Positions 38,300 through 52,577 of a DNA stretch of 64,000 nucleotides are shown here, in pieces. Numbering within the stretch: the first letter of the stretch is position 1; each line of letters starts with the position of its first letter. A program made the translations under genes and the position numbers. Source of the DNA: Octopus vulgaris (Eukaryota). The DNA lies in NCBI GenBank assembly GCA_951406725.2, contig OX597833.1, forward strand, positions 17,918,001-17,982,000, given 5' to 3'. The notes beneath the pieces are model-generated. The model was not told where the DNA came from and made no database searches. It saw only the letters and a list, made by a program, of their open reading frames with translations.

Positions 38300-38507
38300 T
38301 TGGTTTCAAATTTTGGCACAAGGCCAGAGTGGGGGCAAATCGATTACATCGATCGCCGCTGCTCAACTGGTTCTTATTTCATGGACGCCGAAAGGATGGA
38401 GGGTAAAGTCAACCTCGACGGAATTTGAACTCAGAACACAAAGACAGACGGAATGCTGCTGAGTATTTTTCCCGGCGTGCTAATGATTCTGCCAGCTCGG
38501 CGCCTTT
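38300..38507 (-). mobile_element. SINE B2
   Basis: B head with the TTTCAAATTTTGGCACAAGGCC tail. Confidence 0.8.
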
Positions 38508-38648
38508 TGAATATACCATCATATATTACCGCCATTACCATAACACTCACGTAGTCTACCATCCTTAAATTCTACAACTATTGTCATCATCATCATTGTC
38601 TCTTTCATCATTAACGTCATCATCCTCATAACCATCCTTCATCATTAC

Positions 38649-38679
<31 letters not shown>

Positions 38680-38772
38680 TCATCATCATCATCATCATTT
38701 ACGTCATAAAGACGCTTGTGTATAAACGTGTATCATTGCGTTTTTGTGCACGTGATACTTTTATTTATGGTA

Positions 38773-39530
38773 TTTATTACCTCCGCCGTTTTCAGTCGTG
38801 TTTGTTTCTTTGTCCATGGACAAGATATCTCAAGAACCGCTGGATGAGTTCAGATGAAACTTCCAGGGATGTTTGGTCCCGTGACTGGCACGAAGTGATT
38901 AGATTTTGGGATCGATCCGGTACCGGACAAGGATTCTGGATTATTTTTCCTATTTTCTTTTTTACTTAATTTTTGAGAGTGGTCCGGTTCATTTTTAGTA
39001 TTTTCGTTTGTGAGAGCAATCGAGTTCATTTCAGATATTCTCATTTTAAAAATCATCTCTGACTAATCGTTGGGAGGACGCTGGTGTTGTTGTTGTTAGT
39101 CACCTCAAGCGCCTGAGAAGTGCTAGAGCCGCGGAAGGGAGACGAATCATCTCATCCATTGTTACCCCTAGTTGGCGGATATAGCGTTTCCACCATCAGG
39201 GCCGGACATCTCAGCCAGAGATGTTCTGCAGATTTCCACCTCCTCGTTACAGAGTCTGCATTGATCTGTGTCGCTGCGTCCTGCCATCTTTTGCCACCGC
39301 CTGAGTGCCGGATGATGACCGCTACGGAAGTGTATCCTGTCTGTGAAGTCTGTCTTCGAGAGGGCTTCTTCAGTTCTTTCATCCGGCTTCTTCATGAAGA
39401 CTTCCTGCAGACAGGGCTGTTGAATTGGCGTTATCTGGAACGTTCGACGAATAACCGCATCGATGGCGGCATCCGCCATGGACGCTGGTGTTGCCTTGGC
39501 GGAGGTTTGCGCTCACTGAGGGCTCTTGTT
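38773..39530 (+). mobile_element. Helentron-associated (HINE/DINE-1-like) non-autonomous element, interrupted by a LINE
   Basis: Sub-terminal inverted repeats CCTCCGCC (38780-38787) and GGCGGAGG (39498-39505); 3' hairpin GCGCTC-ACT-GAGGGC; T-rich ends; internal TGAAACTT. Confidence 0.7.
39090..39479 (-). mobile_element. 5'-truncated non-LTR retrotransposon (I-group-like) with C-terminal CCHC knuckle
   Basis: RSGHHPALRRW...DQCRLCNEEVE/SAEHLWLRCPAL (one frameshift); (AAC)n tail; 14-bp TSD GGACGCTGGTGTTG at 39076-39089 and 39480-39493. Confidence 0.85.
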
Positions 39531-39652
39531 AATGTTTATTTTTCCAACTCTATACCCTCTGCTTTCATATCCATCAAGAATCTATGTGATCTTCCACCCC
39601 TTCCAGAATCAATAAAATAGAGTACAAGTCAAATCCCGGGGGTTGATTCTGA

Positions 39653-40030
39653 CGGTTTGACCGGCAGTTTTTTCTAGTGGTGTCATATGAAATTGTCACC
39701 CATAATTATGACCTTGGGTATCGATCTATTGCATTTCAATCTGTTTTAGGGTTAGGGTTAGGGGTAGGAGGAAGGGTATCCTTTTTTCTTCACAAATGTA
39801 AATAAACCCAATCTGTTTCTTAAACGAGGGACATATTCATACGTCAGTGATTGGTTGAAATTGCAGAAATTGAAGAAAAAACAACAAATATCTTACAAGC
39901 TATAGAATTTTCTCAATAAAGCCAAGAGAAAAAGATATTTTATAAATACTTTCTACCAGTATACGAAGTTTAACATTTTTTAGTTACCTAGAAATTATGT
40001 TAAAAACTGCCGTTCAAACCGAAAAGATCC
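39653..40030. mobile_element. Second copy of the 8-bp-TSD MITE (left TIR truncated)
   Basis: Collinear with 4282-4694; contains (TTAGGG)3. Confidence 0.9.
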
Positions 40031-40509
40031 GGTCTTGTTTCTCTCTTAACTAATTCATTTAATTTTTATATTTGTAATTTTGGAATGAAGGCTGGTGGGT
40101 CGGGTCGGGTCAGGGGATATATTTCGAAAAACATGGATTTTTTTTCCTACTATTTTTTTTTTAAATACAAATTACAAGTCTATCCGAAATGTTTCAGAGC
40201 CTGCAATGCTATAAAAATGACGAAGGAAACAAATAAGGAATTAAATAAACAAATAAATAAATGAAAAAAATTTCATTTTAATCGTGAAAAGTGCATTGAA
40301 AGGAAGTGGGAAGGAGGGGGTCGCGAAATTTTCTTTGCTCTAAAAACGTGGATTGCATGGGTTTTAAAAATGTGAAATACTATATAACAAGACGAAAAAG
40401 AACATAAAAAGGAAAAAAATATATGAAAAAGTGGAGGCTGCTTTCGTGGGGGCACGATGAGTTGGTGGGTGGTGGTGGTGGTAAAAATATGAATTATAAA
40501 AAATATGAA

Positions 40510-40528
40510 CTAATAATAACAATAATAC

Positions 40529-40573
<45 letters not shown>

Positions 40574-40611
40574 AAATAATAATAATGAAAATAATAATAA
40601 TAATAATAATG

Positions 40612-40659
<48 letters not shown>

Positions 40660-40675
40660 TTTATTATCATCATCA

Positions 40676-40743
<68 letters not shown>

Positions 40744-40745
40744 TT
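40510..40745. repeat. (ATA)n switching to (TAT)n microsatellite
   Basis: Strand switch near 40660. Confidence 0.95.
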
Positions 40746-41386
40746 GTTTTTTGGAGAAAGGTTTACACCCATTGTTTTGAAATGTGGGATGCAAAGCAAT
40801 TTGTTGGAAAATCCCTGTCAAAGACGCAGAAATTCCAACACATGTAGTTGGACAGTGAATTCCGAAAGTCAATTTCGATTTTCATGGATTGACAACTTCC
40901 CTGAAAATCGTAATATTTAAAATACATTTCCTTGTTTGTTTGTTTTTCTTTTTCGTTGTTGTTGTTGTTTTTTAAAAATTTTTAATTATTTTTTATTAAT
41001 TATTAGAGACACCATCTGCAGAGTGGTGATGGGTCGGTGGTGATAATGTGACACAACAAGTCCTTGACACTGTTTTCTTAGCCTCTTTCTTTCGCCATCC
41101 CACTGATGTCGTCCCTCGTGAAAACTCATTTGTTCGTTCCATCTTTCATCAACTCTAGTGCGTCGTATTCAAAATATGGTTCGAACGTTCGAAACTCTCC
41201 CAGATTATATTTTAAAACAATCCGGTTTCCGCAAGCGTTATGAGACAGTGTAAACATACTTTTATTTGCTTGAATGCTTTGGTTCATTTACAATGGGTGT
41301 CTTACATTTTTCTTATTATTTTCTCTTCAGTTATTTAATCATAATTATTGAATCCTCATTGGTTTTTGCTACCCTTGAACACAGAA

Positions 41387-41730
<344 letters not shown>

Positions 41731-41745
41731 TACACACACACACAT

Positions 41746-41986
41746 TCTTTTATTTGTTTCAGTCATTTGACTGCGGCCGTGCTGGAGCACCGCCTAAAAA
41801 TGATTTAGTCTAAGAAATTGACCCCAGGATTTATTCTTTGTAAGCCTAGTACTTATTCTCTCGGTCTCTTAGGTCTTTGGTCGGCCCGAGGCTATAGTAG
41901 AAGACACTTAGCCAAATGTCACACAGTGAGACTGAACGCGGAATCATGTGGTTGGCAAGCAAGTTTGTTACCACACGGCCAAGCCT
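41746..41986 (-). mobile_element. SINE family A with central deletion
   Basis: Tail joined directly to head at GGTCT. Confidence 0.82.
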
Positions 41987-42163
41987 CGACAAAAAATGTT
42001 TTCAAAGTGGTGCTTCAGCATGGCCGCAGTCTAATGGCTAAACAATTAAAAAAAGTATACGTACGTACGTACGAATGTACATACTCATGAGATTCTTTAA
42101 ATAAATATATGCTCACACTTGGTCGTGTGAGTCTACAGAGACCCATAGGTAAAAATTAATGAT

Positions 42164-42210
<47 letters not shown>

Positions 42211-42374
42211 GACACGCATGCACACACCTAAATAATGAAGAGGCATGCTCTCACACAGAACATAAGTAGAGAAGTATACACTAACATATATACACAACCA
42301 CATATTTACAAATTTCTGGGACTCGCGACCGGCTCCAACTCCATTGAGGACTTAATAAGTCTCAAAGAAAAACG

Positions 42375-43038
42375 TACATACATACATACGTACATACATA
42401 CATACATACATACATACATACATACATACATACACACATATATTCATACATATATACATACATACATACATACATACATACATAAGTATATACATTCATG
42501 CATGCATGCATACATACATACATACATACATATATACATAACATAATTACGTACATACATACATACGTTCATATATACATACAGAATTACGTACGTACAT
42601 ACATACATACATACATGTGTACATAGATATATACATGCGTACATACATACATATATACATACTTACATACATACATACTTACATAAGTATATATATAATA
42701 TAATTACGTACGTACATACATGCAAACTTACACGCACACATACATGCATTCATTCATACATACATAAGTATATACATACATACATACATACATACATACA
42801 AACATACATACATACGTACGTATGGACACACATACAATATGCAGACATAAAATAGTTACATACATACACGCATACATAGCATACATACATACGTATATAC
42901 ATAAAATACATACATACATGCATACATACTTACATACATACTTACATAAATATATACATACATACATACATACATATGCTCACATATATACACTTAGTAG
43001 CGTATATACTTATATATACTCATATACAAGCAACCACT

Positions 43039-43089
<51 letters not shown>

Positions 43090-43641
43090 ACACTTGCTTA
43101 TACGCATTTATATACATATAAAAATGACTACATATTTACCACAATTAGTGCTTTAGTTCAAATAGAGAGACACCAATGCTTATTGTTGTCCGCCGACACT
43201 TAGGATATTGATCTGTCTGCGTCGAGTTGCGTGATTACGGAACGTGAAAAGCATTTTCACTTTTTAAACGTCGAACACGTAAGCAGAGACACAGTCACGA
43301 GTAATAGCGATCATGCTATAATGATACCCACGCGTATACATACATATATACACACATACATACACACACACATACATACAAACATACATACATACATACA
43401 TACATACATACATACATACATACATACATACATACATACATACATACATAAACACACATGCATATACTTAATATGGAAAGAAGTAAGTATGTGTGTGTGT
43501 ACATACATACATATATATATATACATGAATATATACATATATATACATATATATATATATACATTTAATATATATTTAAAGTGGTTTTAAAGTCAAGTTT
43601 TGGCTGCAATTTCCAGCGTGGAGGTATCTCTTAGATACCCT

Positions 43642-43721
<80 letters not shown>

Positions 43722-44554
43722 AAGAGAGAGAGAGACGCACAAACATAGACACATATACATACATACACACATATTTTTATACATACACGAGTATAAACAT
43801 ATGTGTATATTTATATATTTATATAAACATATAAACATATATGCATGTACATACATCCATAATACACACACATATATATATATACACATCAATATATATT
43901 CATACATATATGTATATATATATGTACAGTTATATATATATATATATACATATGTGTATATAATTACTTATATGTATATATATACATATATAATATATGT
44001 ATATATGTATACGTATATATATATATGTTTATGTATATGTAAATGCATATATGCATTTACATACATGTACATACATGTGCATACATACATGCACATATAC
44101 ATATTTGTATACATACATATATATGAACACACACACACCTACACACCCACACACACCTACACACACACAAACACTCATGAACAGGCATAAATATATTGTA
44201 TTTAAGCAATCTTATATTCCATTTTCACTCTTGAAAAGAAAATTAGAAACTAAAACACTTGTCTTCCCCCATCATACTACGCATTTGAGTTCGTTCAACG
44301 AATTCGTTTCCCTGAATTGACAAGACTGTGTGCGTGCGCGCGCGCGTGTGTGTGTGTGAGTGCGTATACAGGTGTATGTATGTAATGTGCATATGTACGC
44401 ACACATACATACGTGTACATATACATATCTGTATACATGTATCTAAATATCTGTGCATAAACAGTGATATGTATATATGCATGTATAGATAGATAGATCG
44501 ACAGATAGATAGATATAATGAGAGAGAAAGATGCATTTTTTTGTGCGCACATAA

Positions 44555-44602
<48 letters not shown>

Positions 44603-44658
44603 GTATGTATGTATGTATATATATATATATGTATATATATATACATATATATATATAC

Positions 44659-44745
<87 letters not shown>
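42375..44745. repeat. Extended degenerate (TACA)n/(TA)n/(CA)n region with short unique islands
   Basis: Directly visible. Confidence 0.9.
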
Positions 44746-44746
<1 letters not shown>

Positions 44747-45213
44747 ATAGCATAGTGTTACCGAATACTTAGGACGTTTGCTTATCAACCACGCGATTTT
44801 AGCTTTGATTACACAGTATGGTTTCTTGGTCATACATCATTTTCTTTTAGCTTCTGGCCGACTCTTATTTTACGAGTGAAATAGGTTAAGCAGAATCTTA
44901 CAGACGACCTTCAGTTTACATATGGACAAATGTCGGATGCATTGTGCCTCTTATTCAAAGCTACAGTTGTATCATACACTGTGTGACGCTGATTCTAACC
45001 GAAAGCTACGTTAAAGGATACACGAATCTTTGGAATGGTCACGCTAATTAAATGAGTAAATGGTTCAATTAATGGAACTCTCTCTCTCTTGTTACTCACA
45101 CGAGACCATCGTCCATCTTTCTTTTCTTCATGTGACCATCTTTCTTTTCCTGCACAGACATTAAAAAGAGCAGATGTTTTCTTTTTCTCTTTTCAAAGAG
45201 GTCCATTCATGCA

Positions 45214-45428
45214 CGAGAAGGTGCAGTAAAGTTCCTGGCTCTAAGAGTGTCGCGAAAGGCCCAGTTGGAGGCCCAAACTTCGGAGTTCTTTAACAGGACT
45301 TAGCAACACTCAACGACCGCTGCAATACGTGTGTGTATCTGCGAGGGGAATAAGTTGAATAAAATCATTATTAACTGCTCCTCCTGTATTTTCTTTTACT
45401 CAAAGCCAGGAACTTTTCAGTATCTGTG
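45214..45428 (+). mobile_element. Mariner-derived MITE
   Basis: Degenerate TIRs AAAGTTCCTGGCT / AGCCAGGAACTTT; homologous to 18415-18600 and 63079-63292. Confidence 0.78.
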
Positions 45429-45872
45429 TGTGTTTGTGTTTACGTGTTCGTGCACGTCTTATATCTAACGTCGAGTGGATGACAGCTTTTTTTTTTTTTG
45501 CTGGTCAATGAACAAATCTGGCACTTTGCTTACTGATAATAAATAGAGATAATGAACCTTACAAAGTAGAGCGCTTACTACAAAGTAAAATCAAGTGTAT
45601 TTCGTTCATATTGTATATCAGAATCTGAATGGGTCCGTTTATTACTCCATTCAAAGTCGTAATCCCAGATAATTCATTGTTTATATGGCTGTGCGAACAA
45701 GAAGATATATGGTGTCAGTGGTAAGAAACTCTCAAGGGAACTGAACAGCAGGTCTTGAGAGAATGAATTCCACACAACCAAGTGTTTCGCGATTTGACAC
45801 CGTATATCATCTTAATCATGTAACCATATAGATTATAAATTATCTGGGATAATTCTTAATTTACATGGCTTT

Positions 45873-45938
<66 letters not shown>

Positions 45939-46545
45939 CGTAGAATGCTCAAAACTTAGAAGATAGACAGCCGACAACTGATGAAGGGTCCTTTACTATT
46001 TATTATTTAATTGAACGCGACACATCCATTTCCAAGTAAGTTTATCTTCACCTTTTTGATGCGACTTTCTTCCCTATATTTTTTGCCGCCATCCTTCCCT
46101 AATTCCCATTTACTCCCTCTTCTCCTTCGCCGTTTTCTATCTGTCTCTTTTCTCTCCCTCTCCCTGTCTCTCTCTCTTTCTCTCTCGTTACTCACACGAG
46201 ACCATCGTCCATCTTTCTTTTCCTGCACGGACATTAAAAAGAGCGGATATTTTCTTTTTCTCTTTCAAAGAAATATTTCTTACGGTGTTCACTATTTTCC
46301 TCTCGTTCTGGTCTAACGACCCTCCTTGTTTGTTTTCATTCGGTTTCCTTGTATATCTCAACTATCATGTTTTTATTCCCAACTTTGACCTTCCATAAAT
46401 CCTAAATTTTATTTTAGAATTTATGGGAGCAACTGTCTTTGAGGACCCGTATTGTCATTGAAATGAGGAGTAAACAACCGACAACAGATGACGGGTGCCC
46501 CAGCATCACGGCAGTCAAATGACTGAAACAAGTAAAATAATAATA

Positions 46546-46610
<65 letters not shown>

Positions 46611-46613
<3 letters not shown>

Positions 46614-47025
46614 TCTTTTATTCTTTAACTTGTTTCAGTCATTTGACTGCGGCCATGCTGGTGTACTGCCTTTAGTCGAAGAAATCAACCCCATGACTTA
46701 TTCTTTGTAAGCCTACTTATTCTATCGATCTCTTTTACCGAACCACTAAGTTACGGGGACGTCAACACACCAACACCGGTTGTTAAGCGGTGATAGGTGA
46801 ACAAAATATACACGAGGGAACACACATAAATACACACACACACACACGCATGTATGTTCCTACGACGGGCTTCTTTCAGTTTCCATCTACCAAATCTACT
46901 CATAATGCTTTAATTGGTCTGAGGTTATAGTAGAAAACACTTATCCAAGATGCCCCGCAATGGGACTGAACTCGAAACCATGTGATTGGGAAGCAAGCTT
47001 CTTACAACACAGCCACGCCAGCACC
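46611..47025 (-). mobile_element. SINE family A
   Basis: Reverse complement similarity; faces a SINE A tail fragment (+) at 46495-46540. Confidence 0.87.
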
Positions 47026-47028
47026 TTT

Positions 47029-47066
<38 letters not shown>

Positions 47067-47514
47067 GATGAAATTTTGAAAAGATTTTGGAAAGAACTAA
47101 AAAAGATTCCCTTTCTGAAATGTCACCCAGCATGCTAGAAACAGCAGCTATATCCCGCCCAAATCGAAGTACTTCGAGGCATTTTCTGCATTGTAAACGC
47201 ACGGACCGTTGACCTTGTGGTCACGCTAGATGCTAGAAATAGCACTACATTATGCGGGGACCACGCCTATGATTTTCTTTACAAACATTTTCGGCTCGAC
47301 TAAAAAGCAAAAAAAAAAATCTTTTGGTAATAAAATATGTGTATTTACAAAATGAAATTGTAGTAAAACTTTTCGTTTTTCTCAGCCGTTGTTATAGCAA
47401 CCCTATCTAATACACTCATAAATCAGTCTTGTTCACAAAATATACTTTCCGTCTTAGCAAACTATTTCGTCAAACTTCGTGAATTGCAAACTCCATCCAA
47501 CATCAATGGATGGT

Positions 47515-47950
47515 AGGTGCAGGCATGGCTGTGTGGTTAAGTAGCTCGATTTGCAACAGCATAGCTTCAGGTTCAGTCCCACTGTGCAACGCCTTTGGGC
47601 AAGTGTTTTGTACCATTCTACCAATGTCGTGAAGTTGAGAGACGGAAACCATGTTAAAGTTTGTCGAATGTATCGGCCACAGTTCTTAATTTATTTTAAA
47701 GCTTGGTTCTCATTCTATCGGTGTCTTAGGCCGAACCGTTAAGTTACGAGGACGTAACCAAACCAACATCGGTTGTCAAGCGGCGGTGGCGGACACACAC
47801 ATACACGAAGACACACACACACACACATATCCACAAGGTTTTGGTCGGCCCGAGGCTATAGTAGAAGACACTTGCCCAAGATGCCACGCAGTGGGAATGA
47901 ACCCGGACCCATGTGGTTGGTAAGCAAGCTACTTACCACACAACCACTAT
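47515..47950. mobile_element. Two SINE A fragments: head (+) 47515-47660 and partial (-) 47690-47950
   Basis: Similarity to the intact copies. Confidence 0.8.
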
Positions 47951-47954
47951 AAGA

Positions 47955-48084
47955 CAAAATAGGATTTTTGAAAGAAGTATCTATAGAACTAGTTATTTTA
48001 AAACATTGAATGGTTACGGGGTTTCACCTGAATAAAATGGTAGTCGAAGGGGTCAATAGGTAAAAAGGGGGTTGAGAACCACTG
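47955..48084 (-). mobile_element. hAT/Charlie-like MITE end
   Basis: Ends GGTTGAGAACCACTG; homologous to 24831-24957. Confidence 0.65.
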
Positions 48085-49629
48085 ATCTAGAATGCAAATT
48101 AAAAGCAATCAGTATTAATTGCTTTAAATTTTGGTTCAAGAGCAGCAATTACTGGAGCAATGGTAAGTCGATAACGAACCCAAAAGGATGAAGGGAAAAG
48201 ACAAACTCGAAAGAACTCGAACACAGCATAAAGGAGTGGAAGCAATTTCGCTAAGAATTTCGCCCGACATGCAAACGATTTTACCAGCCTGCGGCATTAG
48301 CGCTTTGTAGTATTATTTTCGATTTGTGTTTTAGTAAGTTATCTTGTATTTTCATGCGCTGTTCTACCGGAAGTTAAGTTTGGAGACAGATAAGAAAAAC
48401 CAGCGTGGAACAAAAATGAAGCATACGAAGAATTTGGAAGTTATATACTGCTTGTTCTCGCTCATCAGATGTATACTTAGTTCAGATCAAGTGTAAATTT
48501 ATACTCTGTCGTCAATTGAAAATATTCAGTGGCTACATTTTGAATTATACCTAATTTTTGTATCTTTGAAAAAGTTTTAAAATTATATATAGATATACAT
48601 GGACGTGGACACACTCTCACATATGTACATATATATATATAGCGGAGCAATTCTTTCTTTCTTTCTTTCTTCTGTTTTAAGTTTGGTACTTATTGTATCG
48701 GTCCTTCTACCGAAACTCAGATGTTACGGGGACGTAAACAAACCAGGACCGGTTGTCATGCAGTACAGAGGACAAACACAAATATACACACACTCACACG
48801 CTCGCAGACTTGAACAAAGAATTAAAAAATAACAAATTAAACTGGTTGGAACTACCAGAGAAATCATTCTTTTTCTTTTTTTCAAAATGTGTGTATGTGT
48901 GTGAGTGTGCGTATATGTGAGTGTGTGAGTGTGTGTGTGTATGTGTGTGCGTGTGTGAGTGTGTGTATGTGTGTGTGTGAGTGTGTATGTGTGTGTATGT
49001 ATGTGTGTGAGTGAGTGTGTTTTCTAGATACCCAAGACAATGAGGGTTAAACTAAATAGTACAAGTCGATGGTTTTGTATTTCAATATTTCGAGTTTAAG
49101 ACCCCTTCTTCAGGAAATCTTCGGAGACATGCTGTTTTGAGATGGCTCCTTTGTTCTGTAGTATGTGCACATGTAAGGTTGCTTTCACACAGTTTCCGCT
49201 TACTGAATTCACCCACAAAGCGAATAGTAGAAGACACTTTATCCAACGTGTCGCGCACGAACTAGAAAGCACGTGGTTGCAAAGCGGGCTTCTAACGTAC
49301 ACAGCCGTGTCTGCCTTTATGACTATAATTCGATGGAATGTTTACTGCTAATTCTGTAACGTATAGCCTCCCAACTGACACTTGTCACTTAAGTATGTCA
49401 CTATTATGTCAAAGACAAGAAAATGTCACCGGCAAACTTCTTACCTCCCTTTTCCACTTTCAAATTATGTTAGAAAGTTTCGTCTGTAGTAGCGAATTGC
49501 TCTCTTTTCTGGTCATATCAATTTCATTTGGGAATTAGCAAGTAAATGAGATGTATAAATTAAATTTTCTCTCAATAATTCCTAACACTGCAATGTATAC
49601 TAGGCGTTATAATATTCTTTTTAATTAAT

Positions 49630-50965
49630 ATTTGGCACAAGGTCAACAGTTTTGAAGGGTAGGGAGAATCCAGTGATCAACTGGTATTTATTTTATCTGC
49701 CTTGAAAGGGTGAAAACTTAAGTCCACCCCGGCAGCATTTGAACTCAAAACGTAAAGAACCGGAAGAAATGCGGCTGAGCAGTTTGTCCCGCGCGGTAAC
49801 GATTTTGTGAGATTGCTGCCATAAATATTATGATATCCATTTCGAATTTTCGTACAAGGCCAGCCATTCCAAGGAAGGGAATAAATCGATTACATCGACC
49901 CCTGTGATCAACTGGTACTTATTTTATCGACCCCGAAATAATGAAAGGCAAAGTCGACCTCGGCAACATTTGAACTCAGAACGTAAAAAAACGGACAAGA
50001 TGCTTGGCAGTATTTTGCCCCGTGCGGTATCGATTCAGCCAACTGGTCGCCTTATATATTCTTTTCTACTCTAGGTACAAGGCCCAAAAGTTTTGGGGAG
50101 GGGGCCAGTAGATTATATCAACCCCAGTATGCATCTGGTACTTATTTAATCGACCCCGAAAGAATGAAAGGTAAAGTCGACCTCGGCGGAATTTGAACTC
50201 AGAACGCAAAGACAGCCGAAATACCACTAAGAATTTCTCCCAGCGTGCTAACGTTTCTGCCAGCTTGCCGTCATCGTTGCCTTATATATTTATTTCCTTA
50301 TTGCCCACAAGGGGCTAAACATAGAGGGGACAAACAAGGAGAGGCAAAGGGATTAAGTCGATTGCATCAAACCCAGTACATAACTGGTACTTATTTAATC
50401 GATCCAGAGAGGATGAAAGGCAAAGTTGACCTCGGCGGAATTTGAACACAAAACTTAAAGACAGACGAAATACCACCAAGCATTTTTCCCGGCGTGCTAA
50501 CGTTTCTTATTTCTTTATTGCCCACAAGGGGCTAAACATAGAGGAGACAAACAAGGACAGACAAACGGATTAAGTCGATTATATCAACCCCAGTGCGTAA
50601 CTGGTACTTATTTAATCGACCCCGAAAGAATGAAAGGTAAAGTCGACCTCGGCGGAATTTGAACTCAGAACGCAAAGACAGCCGAAATACCACTAAGAAT
50701 TTCTCCCAGCGTGCTAACGTTTCTTATTTCTTTATTGCCCACAAGGGGCTAAACATAGAGGGGACAAACAAGGAGAGGCAAAGGAATTAAGTCGATTGCA
50801 TCAACCCCAGTGCGTAACTGGTACTTATTTAATCGACCCCGAAAGAATGAAAGGTAAAGTCGACCTCGGCGGAATTTGAACTCAGAACGCAAAGACAGCC
50901 GAAATACCACTAAGAATTTCTCCCAGCGTGCTAACGTTTCTGCCAGCTAGCCTCCATCATCGCCT
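49630..50965 (-). mobile_element. Array of six same-orientation SINE B/B2 copies; last three joined with a 217-bp period
   Basis: GTGCTAACGTTTCT at 50245, 50494, 50711 and 50928; junction AACGTTTCTTATTTCTTTATTG. Confidence 0.9.
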
Positions 50966-51612
50966 TATATATTACGATATTTAAAATGCTACACTAAACG
51001 CAAAACAGAAATGGTTGTCAATTCGTGCAAGTGGCATTGTTCTTATTTTATACGGGGTGACCCGTCTACCAAATTCACTCGCTAGGAATTGGTCGGTTCA
51101 AGGCAATAATATAAGATACTTGCACAAGGTGCTGCAAGGTGGGATTGAACCCCGAAGAGCGAATTTTTTAACCACAGAGCCATGCCTACGCACAAATGAA
51201 TAAAGGTCTTTAGGTAGTAATTCACAAAATAAAATCACTGGCAAGTCGCAGAAAAAATCGTTTATTCAGTTTCATTTTCATTTCTTTCTCTTTATTTGCT
51301 TCCACTTATTTAATTACAATTTTTTTTATGTATCCCGGGAGGGTCTTTATGACACTAATAAACACACACACACGTACATACACACAGTCGCGGGTTCTAT
51401 ATCACTTTCGTATTATTTTATTCGTCAACTGGTTAACTATTCAACCAGTTAACTAATCGACTATTTGATTAATCGTTCCGTCAAAAAATCAATCGGTTCG
51501 GTTTGCGATCTGTGAATGTCTTTTCATCGTAATTCACAGCTTTATCAATGACGTCCCTTCTCGAATGTAGGTGAGCTTCAGAACTATTTGTCTCTTGGTT
51601 TTTGTTTCTTTA

Positions 51613-51613
<1 letters not shown>

Positions 51614-51663
<50 letters not shown>

Positions 51664-51675
51664 TACTATTAGTAC

Positions 51676-51723
<48 letters not shown>

Positions 51724-51763
51724 TACTATTATTATTATTATTATCATTATTATTATTATTATC

Positions 51764-51831
<68 letters not shown>

Positions 51832-51876
51832 TGTTATTACTATTACTATTATTATTATTATTACTATTATTATTAG

Positions 51877-51910
<34 letters not shown>

Positions 51911-52102
51911 TATTATTACTATTATTATTATTACTATTATTATTATTATTATTACTATTACTATTATTATTATTACTATTATTAGTATTATTACTGTTAT
52001 TATTATTATTATTACTACTATTATTATTATTATTACTATTATTATTACTATTATTATTATTACTATTATTATTATAACTATTACTATTATTAGTATTATT
52101 AC

Positions 52103-52147
<45 letters not shown>

Positions 52148-52285
52148 TACTGTTATTACTATTACTATTACTATTATTATTATTATTACTATTATTATTA
52201 CTGTTATTATTACTATTATTATTATTACTATTATTATTATTACTATTACTATTATTATTATTATTACTATTATTAGTATTATTAC

Positions 52286-52317
<32 letters not shown>

Positions 52318-52455
52318 CTATTATTATTATTATTACTATTATTATTACTATTATTATTACTATTATTATTATTATTACTATTATTATTATAACTATTACT
52401 ATTATTAGTATTATTACTGTTATTATTATTATTATTATTACTATTACTATTACTA

Positions 52456-52486
<31 letters not shown>

Positions 52487-52516
52487 TATTATTATTATTA
52501 CTATTACAATTATTAC

Positions 52517-52556
<40 letters not shown>

Positions 52557-52577
52557 TGTTGTTGTTGTTGTTGTTGT
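51614..52577. repeat. ~950-bp (ATT/ACT)n trinucleotide array with higher-order variants
   Basis: Directly visible; the 339-aa ORF here is an artefact. Confidence 0.97.

Noticed and set aside
39746-39763. Interstitial telomere or fusion site
   Set aside because: Only three TTAGGG units, internal to a MITE.
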